A DNA stretch of 64,000 nucleotides from NCBI GenBank assembly GCA_045629225.1, contig JAZQQU010000062.1:33867-97866 (forward strand). The letters run 5' to 3'. Below, in pieces: positions 50,850-60,306 of this stretch. Source of the stretch: Bacteroidales bacterium (GTDB lineage: Bacteria > Bacteroidota > Bacteroidia > Bacteroidales > UBA3663). How positions within the stretch are numbered: position 1 is the first letter of the stretch; each line of letters opens with the position of its first letter. The notes below the pieces were generated by a model that was not told the origin of the DNA, did no database searches, and saw only the letters and a list, made by a program, of their open reading frames with translations. The position numbers were made by a program, and so were the translations under genes.

Positions 50850-52490
50850 ATGTTGAATCATAATGCAATGAGCCATCGAGTATTGGCCACCACTCTTTTT
50901 CTATCTTTCACGGGCTTCATCGCAATCCAGGCCGCCGAAAGTGAGGACACACAGCAAATCACAGCCTTTCCTGGTGCTGAGGGATACGGGCAATACACTA
51001 CAGGCGGACGTGGAGGCAAAGTATTTCATGTCACGACACTCGAAGATAACGACCAGGAGGGTTCGTTGCGCTACGCCTTGACAGCCAATGCCAGTGCCCG
51101 TACCATCGTATTCGACGTAGATGGCACCATCCATCTGACCAAAGCGCTCAAGATCAGCAAGTCGAACATAACCATAGCCGGGCAGACTGCTCCAGGCGAT
51201 GGCATCTGCATTGCAGACTACCCAGTGACGCTTGCCAGCAACAATATCATCATTCGTTACATCCGATTCCGCTTGGGCAACCTGCATGTCGATGAACACG
51301 AAGGCGACGGACTGGGAGGCATGGACAAGAAGGACATCATCATCGACCACTGCTCTGTTTCGTGGAGTGTAGACGAATGTCTATCTGTGTATGGCAACAA
51401 GAACAGCACCGTGCAGTGGTGCATCGTTGACCAGAGCATGGTCAACTGCGGACATAGCAAGGGCAACCATGGATATGGAGGCAACTGGGGAGGCAGCGGA
51501 GCCAGCTACCACCACAACCTGATGGCTCATCATGTGAGCCGCACCCCTCGTCTGGGTCCACGCCCAGGTACTCAAGAGGACGAACGTATGGATCTGCGCA
51601 ACAATGTCTTCTACAACTGGAATGGTGAAGGATGCTATGGTGGCGAGGGCATGAACGTCGATATCGTTAACAACTACTACAAACCAGGCCCTGGCACAGC
51701 CAGCAAACGAGCCGGGCGTATTGCCAAGATAGGTGTGCGTACCACGAGCTACACCAAGCACGACACCGACAATCCCAACGATTGGGACAAGATGTGGCAC
51801 GTTTGGGGTACCTTTTATGTGAACGGCAACGTCAATCCTCTCAAGCCCGAAGTCACGGCCGACAACTGGACGCATGGCATCTGGGACCAGAACTCCAACG
51901 CCTCAGACAACGACTACACCTGGGAAGACAATAAACTGAACCTCAAACGTGACATTCCGCTCGAAACGCCTTTCACCACCACACATACTGCAGAAATGGC
52001 CTACGAGAAAGTGCTGGACTATGCTGGAGCATCGTTACATCGCGACAGTCATGATGCCTACATTGTCAATGACGTGCGAGAAGGTATTGCTACCTATACC
52101 AGCACAGGACAGGGTCAAGGATTCATCAATAGCCAGGACGATGCTGGAGGTTGGCCAGAACTGGCAGCAGGCGACACAACACGCTGCATCGACAGTGATC
52201 AGGACGGCATGCCCGACTGGTATGAGGAGCTGATGGGTTTCGACCCAAACACCGAAGATGGCAACGTTGTGGCCGAAAACGGATACACCCAACTGGAGAA
52301 CTATCTCAATGCTCTTGTAGCAGAGATTACCGAGGCTCAGAACTCCGATGCACTTGATGACTTGAAAAACGTGACAAGTGACTTTGCAGCCACACCCTCA
52401 GGCAGCTACGACCTGTTGGGCCGAAGCCTCAACCGAACTCCTTCAGGATTAGAAATTAAGGATGGCAAAAAAATCATCAGTCAACATTAA
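50850..52490 (+). CDS. pectate lyase (PL1-like) with a T9SS C-terminal sorting tail
   Basis: FPGAEGYGQYTTGGRGGKVFHVTTLEDN...GSLRYAL beta-helix start, a DSDQDGMPDWYE calcium-type motif, and a SYDLLGRSL...GLEIKDGKKII tail. Confidence 0.7.
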   Translation: MLNHNAMSHRVLATTLFLSFTGFIAIQAAESEDTQQITAFPGAEGYGQYTTGGRGGKVFHVTTLEDNDQEGSLRYALTANASARTIVFDVDGTIHLTKALKISKSNITIAGQTAPGDGICIADYPVTLASNNIIIRYIRFRLGNLHVDEHEGDGLGGMDKKDIIIDHCSVSWSVDECLSVYGNKNSTVQWCIVDQSMVNCGHSKGNHGYGGNWGGSGASYHHNLMAHHVSRTPRLGPRPGTQEDERMDLRNNVFYNWNGEGCYGGEGMNVDIVNNYYKPGPGTASKRAGRIAKIGVRTTSYTKHDTDNPNDWDKMWHVWGTFYVNGNVNPLKPEVTADNWTHGIWDQNSNASDNDYTWEDNKLNLKRDIPLETPFTTTHTAEMAYEKVLDYAGASLHRDSHDAYIVNDVREGIATYTSTGQGQGFINSQDDAGGWPELAAGDTTRCIDSDQDGMPDWYEELMGFDPNTEDGNVVAENGYTQLENYLNALVAEITEAQNSDALDDLKNVTSDFAATPSGSYDLLGRSLNRTPSGLEIKDGKKIISQH

Positions 52491-52492
52491 CG

Positions 52493-54058
52493 ATGAAAAT
52501 ACACCTGTCGAAATATGTTCTTGCCCCACTGTTGATCATGACCTGCACAACGATGCAAGCTGAGGATGTGTATCACACCCTAAGCTACACAGCCTCCTCT
52601 GCAGCAAACTTCACCACGGGCGACCACCTACCCTACTTCATAGTGGCCAACCGACAAGGCGTGCTCTCACCACAAGGCAGCCAAGGGTATCTGCGAGGTA
52701 CCATCGACTACCGACGCCAGCGCGAAGATCGCAAGTTCTACTGGAACATCGGTGCGGACCTGATAGGCTATGCATCATCACACTACGACTATTACAGCAA
52801 CAACATCTACCTCCAGCAGTGCTATGCTGAAATAGGTGGAGGTCAGTATTTTCTGACCTTAGGCAGCAAGGAGCGACCTGCACGATTTGTTGATGCTAAG
52901 CTGAGTTCGGGCAATATGACGTGGTCGGCTAACTCACGCCCAGTTCCTGGCCTTCATTTTGGCACACGTGACTTTGTCAAGATGTTCATCATAGCCGATC
53001 TGCTTGAGGGTTCATTCGACTTCTTCTATGGCAAGATGCTCGATGGTGACCTGAACAACACCCGATTCGACCACTATCAGTCTCTTGGCGATCAAGCACC
53101 ATTGCGAACCAGTGCTGTTGATAAAGCCTATCTGCATCGCAAAAGCGTCTTTCTGCGTACGCCAAGCAAATATCCCCTCTACGTCACCGCAGGCATAGAG
53201 CATGCCAGTTTCTTCGGAGGGACAATCCGACACTTCGATGGAATCTGGGATGGATCGCGCAACGAAGTGGTCTATGACCAAACCTGCAAGTGGGGTAACG
53301 CATTATTCGGTGGAGAAGGCCACGATGACGATGCGCTCAACCACCTGATGACCATCGATGCTCGTCTGGATTACAAGGCCGACAAATGGAGGGCAGCACT
53401 ATACAAACAACATTACACCGACGACCTCAACTCCAAGAGTTTCACCAATATTGCCGATGGCCTTTGGGGTCTGGAAGTCAAACTACCCCGTGTTAACTGG
53501 CTCAGTCACATCGTCATAGAGTTCGTTAAGACCAACAGCCAGGGCAGCAACCAGGAGGGCTTGACCAAGATCTTGAATGGACAGGAACCTTTGGCCGAGG
53601 ACTTCGCTTCGGACTTCTATCAGGACCAACGCTTCGGCGGCTATGCCTATTATGGCATGGCATGTGGCAACCCTATGGTCATCTCACCCCTCTACAATCC
53701 AGATGGCTACACTGGATACTTGTACAACAACATGCAAGGCTTGCATCTTGGTATTGAAGGTTCGCTGACACGCGACTTGAGCTACTGCCTCAAGTGTAAC
53801 TACATCAAGAGCGATGGCAATCCTTGGACCATTGCTCTTGAAGAGATGCAACGGGTGAATACACCCACTCTCCTCCCTGGCTACATAGCACCGAAGGGCA
53901 ACAACACGTCCATTCACCTCGAAATGACATATAACCAGGGCAACTGGGACTTCACTTCGCAGCTCTCGATGGACAATGGCAGCTTGTTAGGCAACAGTTT
54001 CGGTGTCGGCATCTCTGCAATATACAGCGTGAACTTCGTCAAGACTGTCTGGAAATAA
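52493..54058 (+). CDS. outer-membrane protein, possibly capsule-assembly Wzi family
   Basis: Signal peptide. The LPYFIVANRQGVLSP motif resembles the Wzi-family N-terminal motif as I recall it. The start lies 2 nt after the lyase gene. Confidence 0.4.
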   Translation: MKIHLSKYVLAPLLIMTCTTMQAEDVYHTLSYTASSAANFTTGDHLPYFIVANRQGVLSPQGSQGYLRGTIDYRRQREDRKFYWNIGADLIGYASSHYDYYSNNIYLQQCYAEIGGGQYFLTLGSKERPARFVDAKLSSGNMTWSANSRPVPGLHFGTRDFVKMFIIADLLEGSFDFFYGKMLDGDLNNTRFDHYQSLGDQAPLRTSAVDKAYLHRKSVFLRTPSKYPLYVTAGIEHASFFGGTIRHFDGIWDGSRNEVVYDQTCKWGNALFGGEGHDDDALNHLMTIDARLDYKADKWRAALYKQHYTDDLNSKSFTNIADGLWGLEVKLPRVNWLSHIVIEFVKTNSQGSNQEGLTKILNGQEPLAEDFASDFYQDQRFGGYAYYGMACGNPMVISPLYNPDGYTGYLYNNMQGLHLGIEGSLTRDLSYCLKCNYIKSDGNPWTIALEEMQRVNTPTLLPGYIAPKGNNTSIHLEMTYNQGNWDFTSQLSMDNGSLLGNSFGVGISAIYSVNFVKTVWK

Positions 54059-54101
54059 AAAGAGACAAGCCAAGACAAGAAATTTTCGCGACAAATGACA
54101 A

Positions 54102-54353
54102 ATGTCTTATTTGTGTACCAAGATAAGACAAACCAGAGTCAGGATGTCTTATTTACGTACCAAGATAAGACAAACCAGAGTCAGGATGTCTTATTTGTGT
54201 ACCAAGATAAGACAAACCAAAGTCAGGATGTCTTATTTACGTACCAAGATAAGACAAACCAGAGTCAGGATGTCTTATTTGTGTACCAAGATAAGACAAA
54301 CCAGAGTAAGGACGTCTTATTTGTGTACCAAGATAAGACAAACTGGAATCAGA
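54102..54353 (+). repeat. 42-bp tandem array D, 6 units
   Basis: Units start at 54102, 54144, 54186, 54228, 54270 and 54312. Each holds the hairpin TGTCTTAT-N11-ATAAGACA. Loop variants TTTGTGTACC and TTTACGTACC alternate. Confidence 0.95.
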
Positions 54354-54424
54354 ACACCTTATCGTAAGAAAATAGCGTTATAAATAAACTAGAGAACAAA
54401 CAATCATCAAAAAAAATAGCAACT

Positions 54425-55135
54425 ATGGAATTCAAAAGAATACTCCTCAAACTGAGCGGTGAGTCGCTCATGGGTAGCAAGCAGTATGGCATCGACGAAC
54501 AGCGTCTGGCCGAGTATGCACAGCAGATCAAGCAGGTAGCCGACATGGGCATCCAGATCGGCATAGTGATTGGTGGCGGCAACATCTTCCGTGGCCTCAC
54601 CGGTGCAGGCAAAGGCTTCGACCGAGTGAAGGGTGACCAGATGGGTATGTTGGCCACTACTATCAATGCCCTCGGCCTCAGTTCGGCGCTCAACGCCGTG
54701 GGACAGAAGGCTCGCGTGCTGACTGCCATCAACATGTTCCCCATCGGTGAGCAGTACAGCAAGTGGCGTGCCATCGAGTTGATGGAAAAGGGCGAAATCG
54801 CTATTCTGGCAGGTGGTACTGGCTGCCCCTACTTCACCACCGACACAGGCTCGGCTCTGCGCGGCATCGAAATCGAGGCTGACGTGATGTTGAAGGGTAC
54901 TCGCGTGGATGGCATCTACACTGCCGACCCAGAGAAGGACCCAACTGCAACAAAGTTCGACAAGATCACCTACGACGAGATCTACCAGAAGGGACTCAAG
55001 GTGATGGACCTCACTGCCACCACCTTGTGCCGCGACAACAAGCTGCCAATCATCGTGTTCAACATGGACAAACTTGGCAACCTCGTGAAGGTGATGAGCG
55101 GTGAAAATATCGGCACACTGGTGTACGAGAAGTAA
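54425..55135 (+). CDS. pyrH: UMP kinase
   Basis: ILLKLSGESL, GGGNIFRG and whole-length PyrH pattern. Confidence 0.95.
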   Translation: MEFKRILLKLSGESLMGSKQYGIDEQRLAEYAQQIKQVADMGIQIGIVIGGGNIFRGLTGAGKGFDRVKGDQMGMLATTINALGLSSALNAVGQKARVLTAINMFPIGEQYSKWRAIELMEKGEIAILAGGTGCPYFTTDTGSALRGIEIEADVMLKGTRVDGIYTADPEKDPTATKFDKITYDEIYQKGLKVMDLTATTLCRDNKLPIIVFNMDKLGNLVKVMSGENIGTLVYEK

Positions 55136-55241
55136 GGTGCTTTGGTGCAGATATTGTCAGAAAATAAAATGTTTGATAGCAATTTAGGTGCTTAGCAGAT
55201 AGAAATATCTGCAAATCCTTGGTCAAACCATTTTTTTGCAC

Positions 55242-55249
55242 TATCTTTG
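55242..55249 (+). promoter_or_regulatory. -7 box for frr
   Basis: TATCTTTG sits 46 nt before the ATG at 55296 and downstream of the ORF-track ATG at 55236. Confidence 0.55.
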
Positions 55250-55295
55250 CGCCAAGAATTATACATTATTACATTTTATATTACACATTTATTAT

Positions 55296-55856
55296 ATGTT
55301 AGACGTTAAGAAAACCATCAAGGATGCCGAGGCCAAGATGCAGGCAACGGTAGATCACCTTCAGGAGACCTTCGACCACATCCGTGCAGGCCGCGCCACC
55401 GTCAAACTGCTCGACGGCATCAAGTGCGAGTGCTACGGCACAATGATGGAGGTCAGCCAGTGTGCCAACTGTTCATGTCCAGATGCCAAGAGCATTGTCA
55501 TCCAGCCTTGGGACAAGGGCATGCTCCGCGTGATCGAGAAGGCAATCATAGACTCTCCTCTGGGCATCATGCCAGAGAACAATGGTGAGATTATCCGCAT
55601 TGGTCTGCCTCCTATGACCGAGGATCGTCGTAAGCAGCTCTCGAAGCAGGCTAAAGGCGAGGAAGAAAATGCCAAGGTGGCAATCCGCAACATCCGTCGC
55701 GACACCATCGATGTCTTGAAGAAGGACATCAAGAATGGTCTGCCAGAGGATGTTGAGAAGGATGCTGAGAACACCATGCAGAAATCACACGACAAGTACA
55801 TCAAGCTCCTGGAGGCTATCTATGCCGAGAAGGACAAGGAGATCATGAGCGTATAA
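55296..55856 (+). CDS. frr: ribosome recycling factor
   Basis: Whole-length Frr resemblance (MQATVDHLQETFDHIRAGRA..., PPMTEDRRKQL). Confidence 0.95.
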   Translation: MLDVKKTIKDAEAKMQATVDHLQETFDHIRAGRATVKLLDGIKCECYGTMMEVSQCANCSCPDAKSIVIQPWDKGMLRVIEKAIIDSPLGIMPENNGEIIRIGLPPMTEDRRKQLSKQAKGEEENAKVAIRNIRRDTIDVLKKDIKNGLPEDVEKDAENTMQKSHDKYIKLLEAIYAEKDKEIMSV

Positions 55857-55977
55857 ACATGCTCAAATTACAGATTACGAATTACAGGGATTGAAGCGAA
55901 GGACAGGGCGTCATTTACACCAATGCGTAATCCTCCACATTGTGTAATTTGTAATTTGTAATTTGTAATTTTCATCA

Positions 55978-57006
55978 ATGAAAGGCTTAGTAGTACGCAA
56001 CACCGGATTCTGGTATATGGTTCTTCCCGAAGGAAAAAACCTTCGGGAGGAATCTTTGCGTTTTGCACAGGCAGGGTTCGACGACGGACACCCTGTGGCT
56101 GATGGTCTGGTGCCATGCAAGGTGAAAGGCAACTTCCGCCTGAAGGGAATCCGCACTACCAACCCAGTGGCTGTGGGCGACATAGTGAACTATGAGATGA
56201 ACAAAGAGGGGTTCGCCTTCATCACCAAAATAGAAGAGCGAAGGAACTACATCATTCGCAAAGCCACCAACTTGAGCAAACAAGGGCACATCCTAGCCAC
56301 CAACCTCGATCAGGTGCTGCTCATCGTCACCATTGCCCACCCACAGACAGCCACCACATTCATCGATCGTTTCCTGGCCACAGCCGAGGCATATCGTGTG
56401 CCTGCAGTACTGGTGATCAATAAGATGGACCTCTACGATGACGAAGAGCGACATTATGCAGATGAGCTGGCTTACCTCTATCGCTATATTGGCTACCCGG
56501 TCCATCTGGTGAGCATCAAGAGCGAAGAGGGTATCAAAGAAATCCGTGACATCCTCACGGGCAAAGTGACCTTACTGGCTGGCAACAGCGGTGTGGGTAA
56601 GTCTTCGCTCATCAACATACTGATTCCCGAGGCGAATGCCCGTACGGCCGAGGTGAGCGACTCGCACGACCAGGGCATGCACACCACCACCTTCTCCGAG
56701 ATGTACGAGGTATGTGAAGAATCTGGAATCAAGAATCAGGAATCAGGAATGGAGCACACCTACCTCATCGACACTCCTGGCATCCGAGGCTTTGGAACCA
56801 TCGAGTTCGAGAAAGAGACTGTAAGCCATTACTTCCGCGAGATATTCCGAGAGTCGGAGAAATGTCGCTTCGGCAACTGCACCCACACCCACGAACCAGG
56901 TTGTGCCGTGCTCCAAGCCCTTGAGGAACACCGCATCAGTCAGTCTCGCTATGACAGCTACCTGAGCATCATGCAAGACGAGAACGAGGGCAAATACAGA
57001 GAATAA
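55978..57006 (+). CDS. rsgA: ribosome small-subunit-dependent GTPase A
   Basis: Circularly permuted GTPase order ([20 protein letters not shown]) and a C-terminal zinc knuckle ([14 protein letters not shown]). Confidence 0.88.
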   Translation: MKGLVVRNTGFWYMVLPEGKNLREESLRFAQAGFDDGHPVADGLVPCKVKGNFRLKGIRTTNPVAVGDIVNYEMNKEGFAFITKIEERRNYIIRKATNLSKQGHILATNLDQVLLIVTIAHPQTATTFIDRFLATAEAYRVPAVLVINKMDLYDDEERHYADELAYLYRYIGYPVHLVSIKSEEGIKEIRDILTGKVTLLAGNSGVGKSSLINILIPEANARTAEVSDSHDQGMHTTTFSEMYEVCEESGIKNQESGMEHTYLIDTPGIRGFGTIEFEKETVSHYFREIFRESEKCRFGNCTHTHEPGCAVLQALEEHRISQSRYDSYLSIMQDENEGKYRE

Positions 57007-57030
57007 CTGGGAATCAACAAAGAGAGAGCA

Positions 57031-59226
57031 ATGCGCCGTCTTTTGACCATGATACTATGCATGTTGCTCGCCACATCGATGATGGCGGGCAAGGTCAAAG
57101 CGCGTTACAATCAGTCGAACGATCCGACACTGGACAATCTGGTGCTGCGCACCAACATCAAATTCAACCAATTGCAAAACGAGGCCATTGGTCAACTCAA
57201 CATTGACACTTACCATACGGCAGTCTCGTTGTGTGAACGACAGACATGGCTGGGCAAGCTTCTGCGCAATGTTGTACCTTTCCAAGCCAGTTACCGACGT
57301 AAATATGCCCTCGAAGCCCTGAGTCAGGTACGCTATCAATGGCCAGGCGATGTGCAATACAACACAATAGCCCTTCGTGCCAACAGCAAACGCCATGGCA
57401 AGATGATGCTACGCGAGGCTTATGAATGCCTGCTCCCCATCTATGACATGCGACGCAAAGGGGCAGATACGCGTTCGTTCGTCATGCCTTTCTCTAACGA
57501 GGGCCTGAGGCAATACCACTTTGCTTTCATCAGCGAGGAATCGGACTCGATTTTCAGTCGCGAGCATCCAGGGTTGTGTCGCATCAAGTTTTGGCCAGTG
57601 ACCAAACACCACACCTTGTTCGAAGGCGAAATGTTGGTCGACTCGACCAGCATCGACATCGTGAGCCTCCGCTGGAAAGGACGCATCGACTTCGCAAAGA
57701 TCGATGGTCAGATGGATTTCAAATACGATAGCGTCAGCCAGATGACACAGCCTGTCACCAACAACACACAGATCCATTACAATTGGCTTGGAGCCAAAGC
57801 TACCAACCGATATATCAGCCACTTCACATACAACGATTACGTTATTTTGGACAGCCTCGATCGCTGGAACCAACCCCTCGACCTGACCTCTACCTATAAG
57901 GCTGTACCCCTGCGCGAGGCCGACTTCGACACCATCCGTACAGTACCCCTCAGTCCATATATCGACGAGATTCTCACACCCAAGAAACCCGACACTCCCA
58001 AGGATACAACAAAACAAAAGGAGCCCAACCCAGCCGAAGAACTCATTACTCTGGCCACAGGCCTTGTCGATGGCACCAGCATAGGCGACGAGAAGAACAA
58101 GCTCCGAATCTACGGTCCGCTCGACCCCGCAGCTTTCGACTATAACAAAATTGATGGCTTCTCCATTCGCGAGAAGTTCCGTTGGGATCGTTATTATGCA
58201 GATGACAGTTTCATCAAGTTCCGTGGAACGGTGGGGTTTGCTTTCAAGCTTAAGGAATTGCGCTATAATCTCAACTTCGATTGGGAATACCGTCCTGAGT
58301 CTAGGCAGAAACTGAGTTTCGAGGCCAGTCGTAGGGGTTCTGGGTTCTCTTCGAAGTTCGTCAACACCATCAACCAGGCCATCAAAGAGAGTTATCGCTA
58401 TCCTGACTCTATCAACTTCTACTCGCTAGGTGTCGAGTATTACCAGCATTATCGCTTCCAATTAGAGCATGCTAATGAGCTCACCAATGGGTTGATGCTC
58501 TACTTGGGTGCTGGCTACAACTTCCGCAATCCTGTGAAACATGGCCTTCGTGCCGTGAGCAAAGAACATAGTGAGCTGCTAATCAAGGATCACTATGCTG
58601 ATTTCAGTCCCTATTTCCGTCTGGAATGGACCCCTCGTCAGTACTACATGATGGAAGGCAAGCGCAAGGTCTATATCTCCAGCCCATCGCCCACATTCTC
58701 GTTCGAAGCCGCCCGAGCCTTCCGCAACATCTTCGGGGCTGACAGCGACTATAGCCGCATGGAATTCGACGTGCATCAAGACATCCGCATCCGCCCCTCT
58801 CGCGTGTTTGCCTACCACATCGGTGCAGGTTCCTTCTTACGACAGAAAGGCGAATACTTCATCAATTACCGCTACTTCTCGCGTCACATGTACACCTCAC
58901 AGCATGTCGAAGACCGTCTGGGTGGGGCATTCCAGTTGCTCGATGACTACTGGTACAGTTCTTCTCCTGCTTACGTGCAGTCGCATTTCATGTTTGCCAC
59001 CCCATTTGGAATCATGCACACCCTACCTGCGATTTCGAAGTATGCAATTCAGGAGCGATTCTATTTAGGTTATCTATGGGCAAAGGGCAAGAAGGGGCTC
59101 TACACTGAATTAGGTTATGGATTCTCAAACAATTATTTCAGCCTGGGTGCTTTTGCTGGTTTTGCACGATACAAATACTATAGCGCAGGTGTGAAGTTCA
59201 GCATTGAGATAGGAGATCACCTGTAA
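57031..59226 (+). CDS. large hypothetical outer-membrane protein (possibly DUF5686-like)
   Basis: Signal peptide; 731 aa; aromatic-rich beta-type C-terminal half. The family assignment is from memory only. Confidence 0.4.
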   Translation: MRRLLTMILCMLLATSMMAGKVKARYNQSNDPTLDNLVLRTNIKFNQLQNEAIGQLNIDTYHTAVSLCERQTWLGKLLRNVVPFQASYRRKYALEALSQVRYQWPGDVQYNTIALRANSKRHGKMMLREAYECLLPIYDMRRKGADTRSFVMPFSNEGLRQYHFAFISEESDSIFSREHPGLCRIKFWPVTKHHTLFEGEMLVDSTSIDIVSLRWKGRIDFAKIDGQMDFKYDSVSQMTQPVTNNTQIHYNWLGAKATNRYISHFTYNDYVILDSLDRWNQPLDLTSTYKAVPLREADFDTIRTVPLSPYIDEILTPKKPDTPKDTTKQKEPNPAEELITLATGLVDGTSIGDEKNKLRIYGPLDPAAFDYNKIDGFSIREKFRWDRYYADDSFIKFRGTVGFAFKLKELRYNLNFDWEYRPESRQKLSFEASRRGSGFSSKFVNTINQAIKESYRYPDSINFYSLGVEYYQHYRFQLEHANELTNGLMLYLGAGYNFRNPVKHGLRAVSKEHSELLIKDHYADFSPYFRLEWTPRQYYMMEGKRKVYISSPSPTFSFEAARAFRNIFGADSDYSRMEFDVHQDIRIRPSRVFAYHIGAGSFLRQKGEYFINYRYFSRHMYTSQHVEDRLGGAFQLLDDYWYSSSPAYVQSHFMFATPFGIMHTLPAISKYAIQERFYLGYLWAKGKKGLYTELGYGFSNNYFSLGAFAGFARYKYYSAGVKFSIEIGDHL

Positions 59227-59238
59227 ACAAAAAAAGTA

Positions 59239-59308
59239 TCCCAAAAAAAGAAGGGCATCTCCCGACGACCTTCTTCCGTTAACCTTAAATCTAATACCAT
59301 GAAAAACA
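59239..59308 (-). ncRNA. candidate small RNA (orphan promoter plus terminator)
   Basis: Minus strand carries TTTG-N20-TATCTTTG (plus 59345-59314). About 40 nt later comes a 7-bp hairpin (59248-59275) followed by T7 (59243-59249). No credible ORF. Confidence 0.3.
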
Positions 59309-59517
59309 CGATGCAAAGATAGCGGTTTTATTCGATATATGCAAATAATTTCGCGAAAAATTTTCGAATCTGCATATTATTTAACATTTCAAACAATAAT
59401 AAGGGTCAGATTTTTACATTTATTTTAGTTATTACGACTGCATTAATACTTTTTAACAACACAAAATACTTCATTTGGCAACAATCCGAAATAGAATGAA
59501 AAGATCTTAGCCACACC

Positions 59518-60246
59518 TTATTTCAAACAGATGGCCGACACGATGCGTCCCGTGTCGATGCCTTGACGACGAGCACTGAAAAGCTGCTCCTGATTTTGCC
59601 AAGTACACCAAGGCGTGCAGTCAATATGGTCAAGCTCCACTCCAGCTTCGAGCAAATCCATGGCATTGCTTTGCCACAAGTCAACATGTGGCTTGGGATA
59701 TGTCACCCTGCCGAAGGATGAGAACTGGTGACGAAGCACGCATTCGCCTCGGCCGGAATTGACGAAAGCTTGAGCCACCTCCTCGCCCACCTCAAAAGCA
59801 TCTGCTCCAATGCTGGGACCCACCACAGCCAAAAGGTCTGATGGTTGGACACCGAGATCTTGATGCATTCGCTCTACGGTGAGTCGGACGATATGTTGCA
59901 CCGTGCCTCGCCACCCAGCATGAACTGCTGCCACCGCAAGCCGCACAGGATCATAGAGCAATACTGGAACGCAGTCGGCGGTTCGCACGCCAATCCATTG
60001 CCTCGGCTTACTGGTAATGACAGCATCAGCCTCCACTGCCTGCAACTCCAGAGCGGAGTCATAAGCCGTATGATCATCCACGACCACAATGCTGGTGCCA
60101 TGCACCTGACGAGGCATCCACACCCCTACACCCGGGTGTTCGAAGCCTCGCAACGAACAGAAATGCTCAATCCCAGCCTCCTGTAAGAGAAGCTGGGACT
60201 GCAAAACGGGTTGTTTATCCTTGTTCTGAAAGTTGTTCTGAACCAT
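59518..60246 (-). CDS. pgeF: YfiH/PgeF-family purine-nucleoside/peptidoglycan-editing enzyme
   Basis: QVHGTSIVVVDD, ADAVIT, RTADCVPVLL and HAGWRGT motifs. Confidence 0.85.
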   Translation of the reverse strand: MVQNNFQNKDKQPVLQSQLLLQEAGIEHFCSLRGFEHPGVGVWMPRQVHGTSIVVVDDHTAYDSALELQAVEADAVITSKPRQWIGVRTADCVPVLLYDPVRLAVAAVHAGWRGTVQHIVRLTVERMHQDLGVQPSDLLAVVGPSIGADAFEVGEEVAQAFVNSGRGECVLRHQFSSFGRVTYPKPHVDLWQSNAMDLLEAGVELDHIDCTPWCTWQNQEQLFSARRQGIDTGRIVSAICLK

Positions 60247-60306
60247 TATTATGAAGTTGTCTAATTCCTCATTTCTGAATCATCACTTCTCATTTATTGA
60301 ATAAGA

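Noticed and set aside
54095-54383. Two ORFs encoding 14-aa tandem peptide repeats (VLFVYQDKTNQSQD x6 and MSYLCTKIRQTRVR x6). I considered a multi-core RiPP-like precursor.
   Set aside because: The 42-bp period keeps any frame open, and two frames are open equally. There is no promoter box and no maturation enzymes nearby. The conserved feature is a nucleic-acid hairpin. I keep it as a DNA/RNA repeat.
59125-59316. A 63-aa minus-strand ORF in the gap after the 57031..59226 gene.
   Set aside because: Its ATG sits inside the predicted -7 box and it reads through a terminator hairpin into the 3' end of the opposite gene. The locus is better explained as a non-coding unit.
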